Source: Bacteroidota bacterium | GTDB lineage: Bacteria > Bacteroidota > Bacteroidia > Bacteroidales > CAIWKO01 | Assembly: GCA_037128515.1 (NCBI GenBank) | Contig: JBAXWF010000006.1 | Coordinates: 23,574 to 87,573, forward strand | Direction: 5' to 3' | DNA: 64,000 nt | Shown here: one piece after another, positions 29,167 through 39,860 of the stretch | How positions within the stretch are numbered: position 1 is the stretch's first letter | Layout: each line of letters begins with the position of its first letter | The notes under the pieces: generated by a model | The model's input: only the letters and a program-made list of their open reading frames with translations | The model's database searches: none | What the model was told of the DNA's origin: nothing | Program-made: the position numbers and the translations under genes

Positions 29167-30327
29167 TTATAAATTTATTCTGGCCCTGCCAAAGCGCATT
29201 CCCAACTTTATGCCGCCTTGAAACGAAAAAAACACAGCACCCGTTCTATAGGTATACGGGTAAGTAATCGGAGCAATAGAACCAGGATGGTAGCCACCAC
29301 TGTATTCCGTAATTTCTGCTGACCGATCGTAGGCACCCAAACCAAAAAAGAAATCCATGGTCAAATGTTTTCCAAATGTTTTTTGCCAACCATATAGTAT
29401 ATTAAACCCACCAACCCAACTAGTTTCTGATTGCTGTGCCGAATGAGAATAGCTGTCGTGGTAAAAATAAACTAAGACATTTTCATTACTATAAAACCAA
29501 TATCTGCCAAATCCTAATAATTCAATATATCGATTGGGTTTCGACAGAAAATAGAATTTTAATCCTAAATTGAGTTGATACCCCTTTAACCTGTTTTTAT
29601 CGTATTCCATTCCAGGATGAATATCGGCATACTCTAAATGCGGAATAGCAGGACCTTGTCGGTCAGTTTGAAAGTAAATTCCTGGAGAGACATCCACCCC
29701 AACAAATTTATTGAATCGATAACCATAGGTAATGGTAATCTGATTTGCAAAAGGTTCGCATATATTTACTGTGAGACTATGCGGGTAAATAAACTCCTTA
29801 CTTCTTTGCACATACGATCGTTCTTTTCTTTTCTGTGTTAAATCCCTTTCGGCTTTTTTGAGTTCCCGAAGTCTTTGATTATCTTTTTCTGTGTTATTGC
29901 TTTTCAGCTTATCGAGTTCAGCCTGTGTCATTATCATTGCGTCACTATCAATAGCGGTTTTTGACACTTGTTTAATATCCTTCAACAAAACCTGCACAGA
30001 ATCAATTATCAAATAGGTATCACCGATTTTAGTTATACTGCCTTCCTGTCTATGTTTATCTTGTTTATAATAAACAATCTTATCCCCTTTTGCGTATGTA
30101 ACATAATATATATGCGTTGCAAAAGATGCATTAGACATAGGCCCAATTTGGTTGTTCATTTGTTTTTCAATCACCAACAACGTATCTTGGGGCTTATTAT
30201 GAGATGGTGTAAAACCCGGGAATGGTTTCATTGGCATGTTTTGAGCATTGGCCATGCCCGATAAACAGAAAATGAAGATGGCTGTTACAAGGGCCACTTG
30301 ATATTTATTTCCATTAATCCATTTCAT
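29167..30327 (-). CDS. Paralog of 28044..29156, beta-barrel-like protein
   Basis: Shared PHS.T.NI..PFANQI, SPGIYFQT, NRLKGYQLNLG, SKPNRY and YGWQKT blocks. Confidence 0.7.
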   Translation of the reverse strand: MKWINGNKYQVALVTAIFIFCLSGMANAQNMPMKPFPGFTPSHNKPQDTLLVIEKQMNNQIGPMSNASFATHIYYVTYAKGDKIVYYKQDKHRQEGSITKIGDTYLIIDSVQVLLKDIKQVSKTAIDSDAMIMTQAELDKLKSNNTEKDNQRLRELKKAERDLTQKRKERSYVQRSKEFIYPHSLTVNICEPFANQITITYGYRFNKFVGVDVSPGIYFQTDRQGPAIPHLEYADIHPGMEYDKNRLKGYQLNLGLKFYFLSKPNRYIELLGFGRYWFYSNENVLVYFYHDSYSHSAQQSETSWVGGFNILYGWQKTFGKHLTMDFFFGLGAYDRSAEITEYSGGYHPGSIAPITYPYTYRTGAVFFSFQGGIKLGMRFGRARINL

Positions 30328-30477
30328 ATTGATTGAATTATGAAGTGTAATTTTAATACAATAGTAGTGAATTATTCGGAATAAAGTAACTTTTCTAAAT
30401 ATTTTACTTTAATTGCGTTAAATAAAAAAGCATACGCTAAATGCCTATGCTTTTCCAAAAAAAACAGTATGCTACTT

Positions 30478-31053
30478 TTAATAGTTTTTCGCCTTGCGCT
30501 CAAAATAGGCTTTGGGATGGTCGCATGCTGGACAATTTTCTAATGCTTTTTTGCCTTTGTGCACGTAGCCGCATTTGCGACATACCCATTCTTCGGTGTC
30601 GTCGCTTTCAAACACTTTGTTTTCTTCCACATTGCGCAGCAGTTTCAGAAAACGAGCCTCGTGTTCGGCTTCAATTTTGGAAATAAGTTTGAATGCCAAA
30701 GCCACTTTGGGAAACCCTTCTTCTTCGGCTATTCGGGCAAACTCGGGATACAACTCGGTCCATTCTTCGTTTTCGCCATTGGCAGCAGCAACCAGGTTTT
30801 CTTCGGTGGTTGATATGATGCCGGCAGGATAGGTTGCCGTAATTTCAACGGCTCCACCTTCCAAAAAACGAAAAAATATTTTGGCATGTTGCTCTTCTTG
30901 CAAAGCAGTGGTGATAAACAAGTCGGATATTTGTTCAAATCCGTCTTTTTTAGCTTGTTTTGCAAAAAAAGTATAACGATTTTTGGCTTGCGATTCGCCT
31001 GCAAACGCTTTCAAAATGTTTTTTTCGGTTTGAGTTCCTTTTAAACTGCTCAT
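30478..31053 (-). CDS. rbr: Rubrerythrin
   Basis: AFAGESQAKNRY, EEQHA, ENEEW, EAEH, WVCRKCG..CPACDHP. Confidence 0.95.
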   Translation of the reverse strand: MSSLKGTQTEKNILKAFAGESQAKNRYTFFAKQAKKDGFEQISDLFITTALQEEQHAKIFFRFLEGGAVEITATYPAGIISTTEENLVAAANGENEEWTELYPEFARIAEEEGFPKVALAFKLISKIEAEHEARFLKLLRNVEENKVFESDDTEEWVCRKCGYVHKGKKALENCPACDHPKAYFERKAKNY

Positions 31054-31135
31054 GTGTTTATTCTTTAATTTGTAGTAAAGTTAGCTGATTCTGCACAGCA
31101 ATTGTGGTCGGCAAAATTATAAAATAATTGTGAAA

Positions 31136-32305
31136 CTAGGGATTACTATGGCTACGTCTTTTTTGTTCGGCAAGGATTAACTGCAATTCGCGGCCGGTTT
31201 GACCGGCAATTGAAGTATTTTCCTCGGCCCGGCGCATCAGGTAGGGCATTACAGCTTTTATGGGCCCGTAAGGAACATATTTGCACACGTTAAAACCGGC
31301 TTTTGCCAAATTAAAACTGATGTGATTGCTCATGCCATGCAATTGTGCAAACCAAAAACGCGGGTCGTTGGGTGCAATATTTACCGAAGACATGTATTCA
31401 ACCAGCAAAGCACAACTGAATTCGTTGTGCGAAGCACAGCAAAACGAAACAATTCCCGAATATTCGAAACAAAATTCAATGGCTTTGTTGAAAGCAGAAT
31501 CGGTTTCAATTTTTGTGTTGAAAACCGGAGTAGGGTAAGCGAGTTTCATGGCTCGTTGGTGTTCTTTTTCGACATAGGCGCCCCGAACCAGTTTAACGCC
31601 CACATAAAATTTTTCGTTACGAGCCATTTCGGTTAGCTGGTGCAAATAGTCCAATCTATCGGTGCGATACATCTGCAAGGTGTTAAAAATAATGGCTTTT
31701 TGTTTGTTATGCTTTCGCATCATTTCCAGCATCAGGTCGTCAACGGGTTTTTGAATCCAGGTTTCTTCAGCATCAACAAACAGCGGTAAATTTTTTGCAG
31801 CCGACTTATCGCACAAATCCATAAAACGTTTTCGGTCTAATTCAAATTCGAGTTTTTCGACAACCGAAAGCATTTGGCTGGCGGCCACCTTCATTAACAA
31901 ACCCGGGCGCATAATGCCGCTGGGTTTAAACACAGCAAATGGAATGGCATCGTTGGTGGCTGCGTATTCAATCAATCGCCTAATTTCGTTGGCCACTTCA
32001 TCCAATTCGGCTTCGGTTGCACCCCCTTCGGCAGAATAATCTAAAATGGTTTTCACCTGATATTGCTGCAGACTATTTATGGTGTTTTCGCAATCGGGCA
32101 ACGTTTCGCCACCGCAAAAATGTTTGAAAATGGATTTTACCACCGGAAATTTAATTGGCAAATGCAAAAAAATGGCCAGTTGCATCATTAGTTTAGCGGT
32201 TTTAACCAAAAAAGGATATTTCATTAAAGAGAAAATACGGTAGGCTTTTTTTAGTTCAGCATCCGATTTCGACTCAAAAGCAACTAGTAGGTTATCGAAC
32301 AGCAT
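31136..32305 (-). CDS. Monofunctional proline dehydrogenase
   Basis: HFCGGE, FVDAEE, NTLQMYR, GVKLVRGAY, SHN, FAQLHGM, KYVPYG..YLMRRAEEN. Confidence 0.92.
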   Translation of the reverse strand: MLFDNLLVAFESKSDAELKKAYRIFSLMKYPFLVKTAKLMMQLAIFLHLPIKFPVVKSIFKHFCGGETLPDCENTINSLQQYQVKTILDYSAEGGATEAELDEVANEIRRLIEYAATNDAIPFAVFKPSGIMRPGLLMKVAASQMLSVVEKLEFELDRKRFMDLCDKSAAKNLPLFVDAEETWIQKPVDDLMLEMMRKHNKQKAIIFNTLQMYRTDRLDYLHQLTEMARNEKFYVGVKLVRGAYVEKEHQRAMKLAYPTPVFNTKIETDSAFNKAIEFCFEYSGIVSFCCASHNEFSCALLVEYMSSVNIAPNDPRFWFAQLHGMSNHISFNLAKAGFNVCKYVPYGPIKAVMPYLMRRAEENTSIAGQTGRELQLILAEQKRRSHSNP

Positions 32306-32442
32306 GGTAGAAGGGGTTTTTCGATGGTTTATTTTAAAGTTTAAAAAGAAAATGATGATTTTATTAAAACAAAGTTACGAAACTTGAAGAAAAGTAGTAA
32401 CTTTATGCAAAACATTAAATGACATTCATTAATTAAAATCGC

Positions 32443-33498
32443 GTGAATTCAATAACTTATTATTTCGCAGCATCAGATAATACTGACTTTAAGAAGTATC
32501 TGAGCGATAAAAATCTTTCGAAAACCAGGATTTTTATTCTAGTTGACACCAATACCCGAAAATTTTGTTTAAATAAACTGCTTACCGATTTTTCGGAATT
32601 ACAATTAGCCGACACCATTTTGATACGAAACGGCGAACAGTATAAAACTTTGGATACATGCCAGGTGATTTGGAAAAACCTGACCGATAATTTTGCAGAG
32701 CGAGGCGATGTGCTTATCAACCTTGGAGGCGGGGTGGTTACCGATATGGGCGGATTTGCAGCGTCGGTGTTCAAAAGAGGCATGGCGTATTGTAACATAC
32801 CTACCACGCTTATGGGTATGATTGATGCTGCCATTGGTGGCAAAACCGGAGTGGCTTAATTGGGTTTGAAAAATGTTTTGGGTTTGTTTGCCCCTGCTAC
32901 CAAAACCTACATTGATGTGGATTACCTGAAAACTTTGCCCGAAGAACATTTACGTTCGGGGTTTTCGGAGTTGATAAAAATTGCTTTGGTGGCTTCGAAA
33001 CCGCTTTGGGACAAACTGCAAAGCATTGAACCGGGAACGATAATAAATCATCCCGATATCATTCGTGAGGCCGTTATGGTGAAAGATGGTATCGTGAAAC
33101 AAGATCCTTTTGATAAAGATTTTCGGAAAGTATTGAATTTTGGACATACCATTGGCCATGCCATTGAATCGTACTCCTTAACTCATGGTAAAAACCCCTT
33201 GTTGCACGGCGATGCAGTGGCTATTGGCATGATTTGCGAAACCTGGATATCGAACAAAATTAACGGTCTTCCCGACGAGGTTATGAAAGAAATTATCGAA
33301 AAAATTGTTGCTTCGAGCGGTAAATACAAACTGAACATTGAAAAAAACGAACTGATGCGAATGATACGCAACGACAAAAAGAACTCGAGTTCGAAAATCA
33401 ATTTCACATTGCTGAACGCTATTGGCGATGGGTGTATCGACAACCATTTTGGCGAAGAAATTATCATGGATGCTTTGGCTTATTATTTTTATTTATAA
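32443..33498 (+). pseudogene. aroB: 3-dehydroquinate synthase interrupted by an in-frame TAA at 32857-32859
   Basis: GEQYK, LGGGVVTDMGGF, PTTL..MIDAAIGGKTGVA*LGLKN, then LNFGHTIGHAIE, LLHGDAV and DKKN in the same frame. Confidence 0.85.
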
Positions 33499-33552
33499 TT
33501 TTATCAAAAAAAAGTTGCACTTCGGGGGAGTCATCTATTAAAAAGAAAATAC

Positions 33553-34791
33553 ATGCCCGTTGTTAAGGTCGGCATTGCATCAATAAACCACAAAGCATCT
33601 ATTCAACTGCCTGCTTCCAAAAGTATCAGCAATCGGTTGCTTATTATAAGAGCCTTGTGTGAGCATGATTTTGATATCGAAAACCTCTCTGATTCGGACG
33701 ATACCCAACTTTTGCAACACGCCTTAGAACATGCGGACACCTTGACTGATTTTGATGTGGATAATGCAGGAACTGCATTTCGATTTTTAACAGCTTTGTT
33801 TGCTATCAAAACCGGATATCGAATTCTGACGGGGTCGGAACGCATGGCGCAACGCCCCATTGCCCCTTTGGTGAATACCTTGAATGCATTGGGTGCAAAA
33901 ATATCGTATCCGATAACATCCGGATTTCCACCCATACTGATACACGGCACGGTGCTGCAAGGTGGCAAAGCCAGTATCAGGGCACATATCAGCAGTCAGT
34001 TTGTTTCGGCACTGCTGTTGATTGCACCCACCATGGAGCAAGGCCTGCAACTTGAATTAAAAAACACGATAGCCTCGCAACCTTATATTCAAATGACCTT
34101 GGATTTGATGCGATATTATGGTATTGCATGGGAATGGAATGGGCATGTGATAACGATATATCCTCAAAAATACCGTGCAAAAAACATCCTGGTTGAAGCA
34201 GATTGGTCGGCGGCGGCCTTTTGGTATGAGATTGTGGCTTTATCGGAACATGCCGAAATAGAACTGATGGGCTTGCAAAAAAACTCATGGCAAGGCGATG
34301 CTAAAGTGGCTGAGATTTATGAGAAACTGGGCGTGCAAACGCATTATCATTCCGATTCGGTGGTATTGACAAAAACCAAGCAAGTTACCGATTTTTTGGA
34401 ATACGATTTTTTGTCGGTGCCCGATTTGTTTCCCTCGGTGGCGGCTTGTTGCACAGCATTGAATGTTCCTTTTACTTTCACCGGTTTGCAAAACCTCAAT
34501 ATGAAAGAATCGGAACGGGTTACGGTTTTGATACACGAACTCATGAAATTTGGATTTCAACCCGTTTATCAAAACCCAGCAACCGTATCTTTCGCGGGTT
34601 TTGAGAAAAAACAACGCCACGAAACGGTTGTTTGCGATTCGCACAACGACCACAGAATAGCCATGGCTTTGGCACCTTTATGCATTATGAATTATAATAT
34701 AAGCCTTACCGATGCCGAATGTGTAAAAAAATCGTATCCCAACTTTTTCACCGACTTGCAATCGGCAGGTTTTTTTGTGAAAACTAGTTGA
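33553..34791 (+). CDS. aroA: 3-phosphoshikimate 1-carboxyvinyltransferase (EPSP synthase)
   Basis: PASKSISNR, NAGTAFRF, SSQFVSALL, KESER, HNDHRIAMA, KSYPNF. Confidence 0.95.
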   Translation: MPVVKVGIASINHKASIQLPASKSISNRLLIIRALCEHDFDIENLSDSDDTQLLQHALEHADTLTDFDVDNAGTAFRFLTALFAIKTGYRILTGSERMAQRPIAPLVNTLNALGAKISYPITSGFPPILIHGTVLQGGKASIRAHISSQFVSALLLIAPTMEQGLQLELKNTIASQPYIQMTLDLMRYYGIAWEWNGHVITIYPQKYRAKNILVEADWSAAAFWYEIVALSEHAEIELMGLQKNSWQGDAKVAEIYEKLGVQTHYHSDSVVLTKTKQVTDFLEYDFLSVPDLFPSVAACCTALNVPFTFTGLQNLNMKESERVTVLIHELMKFGFQPVYQNPATVSFAGFEKKQRHETVVCDSHNDHRIAMALAPLCIMNYNISLTDAECVKKSYPNFFTDLQSAGFFVKTS

Positions 34792-34829
34792 AAATAATGT
34801 AATTTTGAAATTAATTTTAAGCTAAACCT

Positions 34830-35633
34830 ATGGATATTTATCAACAGATTTACGAAATAAAGCAAAACAACCTGGAATGTGTTTTATGTATCATTACCGA
34901 TACCAAAGGCTCTTCGCCACGCAAAGCCGGCGCGAAAATGATTGTTTTTCCCGACCGCAAAATAATTGGAACTATTGGCGGTGGTAGTATCGAATTTCAG
35001 GCCATTTCGGATGCCATCGAACTATTAAAAAATGGCAGTCCGATGAAAAAAACCTACCAACTTGAAGAAGATTTGGAAATGCAATGTGGCGGCAGCGTTG
35101 AATTGTATTTTGAACCGATAAAAAGCACGGCAGAGTTGTATATTTTTGGCGCCGGACACATCGGTAGGGTTCTAGCCAAATACGCTAAAGATTTTGGTTT
35201 CCGAATCACCTTGTTTGATGAACGGGAAGGGATTTTTGAAGAGTTCGACACATCGGGTGTTAAAACCATTTGCGAAAATTACTTTACGGCTTTGGAAAAA
35301 GCCGTGTTTACCGAAAACACGTATAGCGTTATTGTTACTCCGAAACACGAATACGATAAAAGAATTGTTGGATATTGTGCAAAAAAAACCTTTGCTTATT
35401 TAGGCATGATTGGGAGCAACCGAAAAGTGGCTGAAGTGAAAAAGCGTCTGCTTGAACAAAACATTTTGAATGCGCAGGAAATTGATAAAATTGATATGCC
35501 CATTGGCATAAAATTTAATGCGCAAACGCCCGAGGAAATTGGGATTAGTATTCTTGCAAAACTTATTGACGTAAAAAACACCTTGAACTCCAATCCATCT
35601 AACGACTCACTCGGTTGCAAGGCAATGCACTGA
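34830..35633 (+). CDS. XdhC/CoxI family protein
   Basis: GSSPRKAGAKM, GTIGGG, MQCGG, IFGAGHIG, YLGMIGS, PIG..TPEEI. Confidence 0.9.
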   Translation: MDIYQQIYEIKQNNLECVLCIITDTKGSSPRKAGAKMIVFPDRKIIGTIGGGSIEFQAISDAIELLKNGSPMKKTYQLEEDLEMQCGGSVELYFEPIKSTAELYIFGAGHIGRVLAKYAKDFGFRITLFDEREGIFEEFDTSGVKTICENYFTALEKAVFTENTYSVIVTPKHEYDKRIVGYCAKKTFAYLGMIGSNRKVAEVKKRLLEQNILNAQEIDKIDMPIGIKFNAQTPEEIGISILAKLIDVKNTLNSNPSNDSLGCKAMH

Positions 35634-35647
35634 TTTGAGCTGCAGTT

Positions 35648-36181
35648 TTAAAACACATAGGTGATGCCACCTCTCACCGTGGGGTTGGCTTTTGGCGAAC
35701 TTTGGTTCAAATTAATTTGCAACAAGGCATCGTAAAGCACCATGCCTTTGAACCACACGTTTTGTGCTATTTCATACTCGTAACCCACGCCAATGGGTGC
35801 GCCCATGGTCCAGTTGCGGAGTTTGATGCCGGAGTTGTTTAGATACCCCGTGTTCAACATTTCGAACTCGGCATGCGCCAAAATGCCTTTCCAAATATCG
35901 TATTCAACAAAAACACGACCGCCATACGAAAACTCTCCGGCAATGCCTGTGGATAAAGCGGATGAGGAAGCGGTGTAAAGCACCACTGGCGACAAACCTG
36001 CACTTAGTTTGTTGAATTTGTATCCGACAACGGGTGCCAAATCGATGTTGATGCCGTTGATAAACGTGGCACTGGTTTCGCCACCCAAAATAAATTGTGC
36101 CGAAGCACGAAATTGCGTTGATGCCATACCAAAAGCTAGGATTAGGACCGCGAAACGAAAAACTTTAAAACACGATTTCAT
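35648..36181 (-). CDS. Hypothetical outer-membrane beta-barrel protein
   Basis: Signal peptide, amphipathic strands, terminal YVF. Confidence 0.7.
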   Translation of the reverse strand: MKSCFKVFRFAVLILAFGMASTQFRASAQFILGGETSATFINGINIDLAPVVGYKFNKLSAGLSPVVLYTASSSALSTGIAGEFSYGGRVFVEYDIWKGILAHAEFEMLNTGYLNNSGIKLRNWTMGAPIGVGYEYEIAQNVWFKGMVLYDALLQINLNQSSPKANPTVRGGITYVF

Positions 36182-36254
36182 AGTTATTGAACTTTAATCG
36201 ATTCATTAATTGAAAGGAATGGCCTGTTGGCACCAAAAAACAAAACCGCTTTGT

Positions 36255-37313
36255 TTAATAATGCAAGAGTTTTTGAGTTTGCGTAAAATCGTTGGTTTCA
36301 AGACGCAACAAATACACACCGACTGCGCTGTTTTGAGCAAATTGCCCCAGCGAAATTTGCTGAAGTCCCCCTTGGTCAAAATTGTTTTGGCTGGTGTAAA
36401 CCACCTTGCCCGATATATCGGTAATGCTCAGTTGCACTTTGCCCGGATGCAACAAATTCACCGACAATTTTGAATTCACATCCACGGGATTGGGTGCTAT
36501 GCCTATGTTTTGCTTTTGGTATTCATCCACGCCCACTATCATATAGCTTTTCATGCTTTGGGTTTTTAAAAATATGCCCGAATCGAACATGCCATCGGCC
36601 ACATCGGCCAATGCCATTTTTAAATGATAGGTTGATGATGGAATAACGTTTACCTGAGCCGTTAGCACGGTGGTGAAGCCATCGAAAACCACGGTGAGTC
36701 CGCCGGTGTTATCAACATAATAGGCCGAATTGGTTGTGGCATTGATATTGTTGATGCAAACCTCGGTGCTGGTGCCGGGAATTAAAGCAATGTTGGTGTT
36801 GATATAATTGCCACCCGAAGGCATGGCGCCGCTGATAAAAAACCCAAACATATCGTTGAATGACGAACCGGCAAATTCGGGATATTCTTCGGAAGCAAAC
36901 ACATATTTAAACTCCAAAATGTTGCCCACCGGCACCAAATCAAATTCGAGCACGGCCGCATCCATAGTAGGGTTCGAATAACTTAATATGGCACTAAGCA
37001 AGGCATCGCCGGGTTGGCTATTATAGGTGTTGGCAAACTTGGAGGCAGTGTCGCCAATGGCAGGTATTCCGTTGATAACGCCTGTGGTGAGTATAATTCC
37101 ATCGTTCATGCCCAGGTTGGTGGTGTTGCCTCCGGCAAAAGTGCCTATGGCATTGCTATCACCTGTGTACACCACATTGGTCGCCGAAACGCCGGTTAAA
37201 ATGAAATCGTTCACAATTTGAGTATAACTGCTTGGTGGGCTGATAACCAACTGCGCTTTGGCAGCAAAAACACCCAAACTACATAGCAATACGAGAAGCG
37301 TAAATTTTTTCAT
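36255..37313 (-). CDS. Choice-of-anchor L domain T9SS-secreted protein
   Basis: Start at the ATG at 37313; GIILTTG, DAAVLEFD, YVFASEEYPE, FNDMFGFFISG, NIALIPG, FDGFT, DSGIFL; C-terminal APNP..DISGK..GVYLL. Confidence 0.85.
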   Translation of the reverse strand: MKKFTLLVLLCSLGVFAAKAQLVISPPSSYTQIVNDFILTGVSATNVVYTGDSNAIGTFAGGNTTNLGMNDGIILTTGVINGIPAIGDTASKFANTYNSQPGDALLSAILSYSNPTMDAAVLEFDLVPVGNILEFKYVFASEEYPEFAGSSFNDMFGFFISGAMPSGGNYINTNIALIPGTSTEVCINNINATTNSAYYVDNTGGLTVVFDGFTTVLTAQVNVIPSSTYHLKMALADVADGMFDSGIFLKTQSMKSYMIVGVDEYQKQNIGIAPNPVDVNSKLSVNLLHPGKVQLSITDISGKVVYTSQNNFDQGGLQQISLGQFAQNSAVGVYLLRLETNDFTQTQKLLHY

Positions 37314-37402
37314 GTTTTTATTTTTTAAATGGATAAAAGAAAGTGCTAAGATACGAAAATTTATAGTAAAACGTAAAATCGAGGAAAATAATTGGGACAA
37401 AA

Positions 37403-37468
37403 GAAGGTTCCGATGTCCTTTTATTTTTTATAGTAAGGGCATCCGAAGGTTCGGATGCCATTTTATTT
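37403..37468. repeat. Dispersed intergenic repeat, copy 2
   Basis: GAAGGTTC at 37403 and 37445 (42-bp period); perfect GGCATCCGAA-GG-TTCGGATGCC inverted repeat; TTATTTTTTATAGTAAGGGCATCCGAAGGTTC identical to copy 1. Confidence 0.85.
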
Positions 37469-37775
37469 GTTAAAGTTTGGTTTCATGCTTTTAAAAGTGG
37501 TACATTTGATGTGTTGAATTGTAAATACACGTTTTTGTTGGTTTGTAACTAGTTGCAAACGGATTAAATTTTATCGGATTCGGGAGGGAACAAATGCGTA
37601 GTTATAAGTTAATACAGAAAACTATGTTGCTGAATAATAGAATAAAAATATAAAATCAAACTAAGCATTAAACATACTATTTGTAGCTAAATAGAAATAT
37701 ACTACTTTTGCCCATTGAAAAATTGTAGATTTGCTATCAACAAACATCCTAAAATTACTTAAACCCCACGTAAAC

Positions 37776-38216
37776 ATGAAAAACAACAAATTAATTCATC
37801 TGCTCGCGGCCCTATCCATTATGATATTTGTGGGCTGCACTGGCAATCAACCCACGCAAAAACAAGAAACGAAAGAACCAATCGCCACCCCAGCAAAAAC
37901 AATAGATTATTCGGGTGTTTACAAATCAAATAAAACCGGAAAATCTTGTAATTTAACAATCACTTTGACCAAAAATCCGTCGGGATATAAATATGGCATA
38001 ACCGGCGAACATTACGATTGCGAAGGGATAGCTATCATTGAAAAAACGGATGCAGTTTACATTACTTTTGATGGCCCCATTGGCAGCAATGCTCCCAAAA
38101 CAGTAAGCGGTCAGATTGATGGCAACACCATCACTATTCAAAATTATGGCAACTCCATGAACGAATATCATTATTTTGTGGAATGCGACGAAAAGTATTT
38201 AGAATTTGTGAAGTAA
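37776..38216 (+). CDS. Hypothetical lipoprotein
   Basis: Start at the ATG at 37776; FVGC lipobox; IQNYGNSMNEY..F.ECDEKYL. Confidence 0.75.
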   Translation: MKNNKLIHLLAALSIMIFVGCTGNQPTQKQETKEPIATPAKTIDYSGVYKSNKTGKSCNLTITLTKNPSGYKYGITGEHYDCEGIAIIEKTDAVYITFDGPIGSNAPKTVSGQIDGNTITIQNYGNSMNEYHYFVECDEKYLEFVK

Positions 38217-38297
38217 CACCGGCTAAGCATGCCCTTTGGGGTTTGTGAGAAACTCACCGCACGGGGGGGGGTAGTATAAAATTTGTGATTAAAGCTT

Positions 38298-38921
38298 TTA
38301 TTTTTGACCTGTCATCAAAAAAACCGGGAAGTTTTTTGACGTGCCGTCAGCAAAAGTTTTTTCAATAACAAAACACGGTTTGTAGCTTACATTTTTCAAT
38401 CCCGATAGCATATATATTTCGAACAATTTATCGGGATCAAACCCGCGATGACCTGTAAAATCGCCATCATGAAATGTACCATCTTCTAAATACAAGTCGG
38501 CTATGGCTATGGTTCCGCCCGGAAGCAGCATGTTCGAGAATCGTGCAAACAAGTCTTCAATATTGTGAACATGGTGCAAAGCCATTTGCGAATAAATGAT
38601 GTCGAATTTCTTGGTTTTGTACGATTTCTTTTCCAAGTCGAAAAGCACTGCATGCATATTTTTGATGCCGGCTGCAGCAATTTTTTCTTCAATAACTTTT
38701 ATCATTTCGGCCGAATTATCCATAAGTGTTATTTCGGCAAGATGATCCTTTAATGCGAAACTCAACAAACCAGTACCGGCACCAAACTCAAGTGCTTTCA
38801 TTGCATAATGCATGGGTGCCATTTGCAGTAATGCGGCAGCAATGGCCTCAGTTCGTTTGGCATGAACCAAGTTCTTGTCCCATTCGCGGGCAACTGTATC
38901 AAAGTGATTGATTGGGCTCAT
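38298..38921 (-). CDS. Class I SAM-dependent methyltransferase
   Basis: HFDTVAREWD, LEFGAGTG, FDIIYSQMALHHV, LLPGG. Confidence 0.88.
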   Translation of the reverse strand: MSPINHFDTVAREWDKNLVHAKRTEAIAAALLQMAPMHYAMKALEFGAGTGLLSFALKDHLAEITLMDNSAEMIKVIEEKIAAAGIKNMHAVLFDLEKKSYKTKKFDIIYSQMALHHVHNIEDLFARFSNMLLPGGTIAIADLYLEDGTFHDGDFTGHRGFDPDKLFEIYMLSGLKNVSYKPCFVIEKTFADGTSKNFPVFLMTGQK

Positions 38922-38994
38922 AATGGTTTTTGTGTGTGTTTTATTTGATTGCAAAACTGCTTTAAATGGTATTATTTGTTCCTAATAATAAACG

Positions 38995-39690
38995 TTAACC
39001 TGTTCTACTTATTTCAATCAATGCTTTTTTATTCAAAAGTATAATATTTTTCTCATTTAAGGTAATATAACCATCTTTTTCAAAACTTTTCAATATTTTC
39101 ACGGTGCTTTCTGCCGATAATCCAGCAAAATCACCAATGTCTTTTCGCGATAAATGATTGAAGATATCCAGGTCAGCAAATTCTTCCGAACTCAGATAAA
39201 GCAATGCATCTGCTATTCTTCCGTTCATTTGTTTGTACATCAGGTTTCGTATAGCGTTGTACAAACCGGCATTGCTTTCGCTATAGCGTTTGATAATGCT
39301 ATAAGCAAAGCTCCCGTTTTGTTTCAGCACTTTGGCAATGGCTTCTTTGCCTATCAAAAAAACACGTGTATCGGCCAAAGCTATGGTTGAATAGGCAAAG
39401 GTATCTTGGGCAAAAACGGATGAAAGACCCAAGAAATCGCCATCCTTTACAATTCTCAGGTTATAATTATGCGTGCCGTCACCCTCCACATATTGTTTCA
39501 CAAAACCACGCATGATGAACATCACATAGGTAGCAAAAGTGCCCTGTTTGGTTAGGTTTTCACCTTTGCGGAACAATACCTGTGTTTTGCTGGCGCGTAT
39601 CAATTCAACTTCAGATGCTGATAAAAGCTGAAAGCAGGGAGCCTGAATATCGCAAACAAAATCTTTATCAATTTCAGTAAAAGTTTCCAT
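38995..39690 (-). CDS. Crp/Fnr family transcriptional regulator
   Basis: cNMP-binding fold (FRKGENL..QG) plus C-terminal HTH LSRKDIGDFAGLSAESTVKIL. Confidence 0.9.
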   Translation of the reverse strand: METFTEIDKDFVCDIQAPCFQLLSASEVELIRASKTQVLFRKGENLTKQGTFATYVMFIMRGFVKQYVEGDGTHNYNLRIVKDGDFLGLSSVFAQDTFAYSTIALADTRVFLIGKEAIAKVLKQNGSFAYSIIKRYSESNAGLYNAIRNLMYKQMNGRIADALLYLSSEEFADLDIFNHLSRKDIGDFAGLSAESTVKILKSFEKDGYITLNEKNIILLNKKALIEISRTG

Positions 39691-39860
39691 TCGTTTTTTC
39701 TGTAAAAATAGTCAAAATTGAGAATGTATCAGCTACATCCACTATTTACAGAATTCTTTCCCGAATGGATCATCTGTAATACACTAGCATACTAACATGG
39801 AAATTAAACAATCCGGTCAGTTTTGTCCTGATGATTCTGAAACAAAAAATTCAAAATACT

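Noticed and set aside
5029-32859. Genome-wide TAA reassignment suggested by two in-frame TAA codons
   Set aside because: Many clear genes here (recA, citF, rbr, bcp) end at TAA at the expected length, so TAA is a stop.
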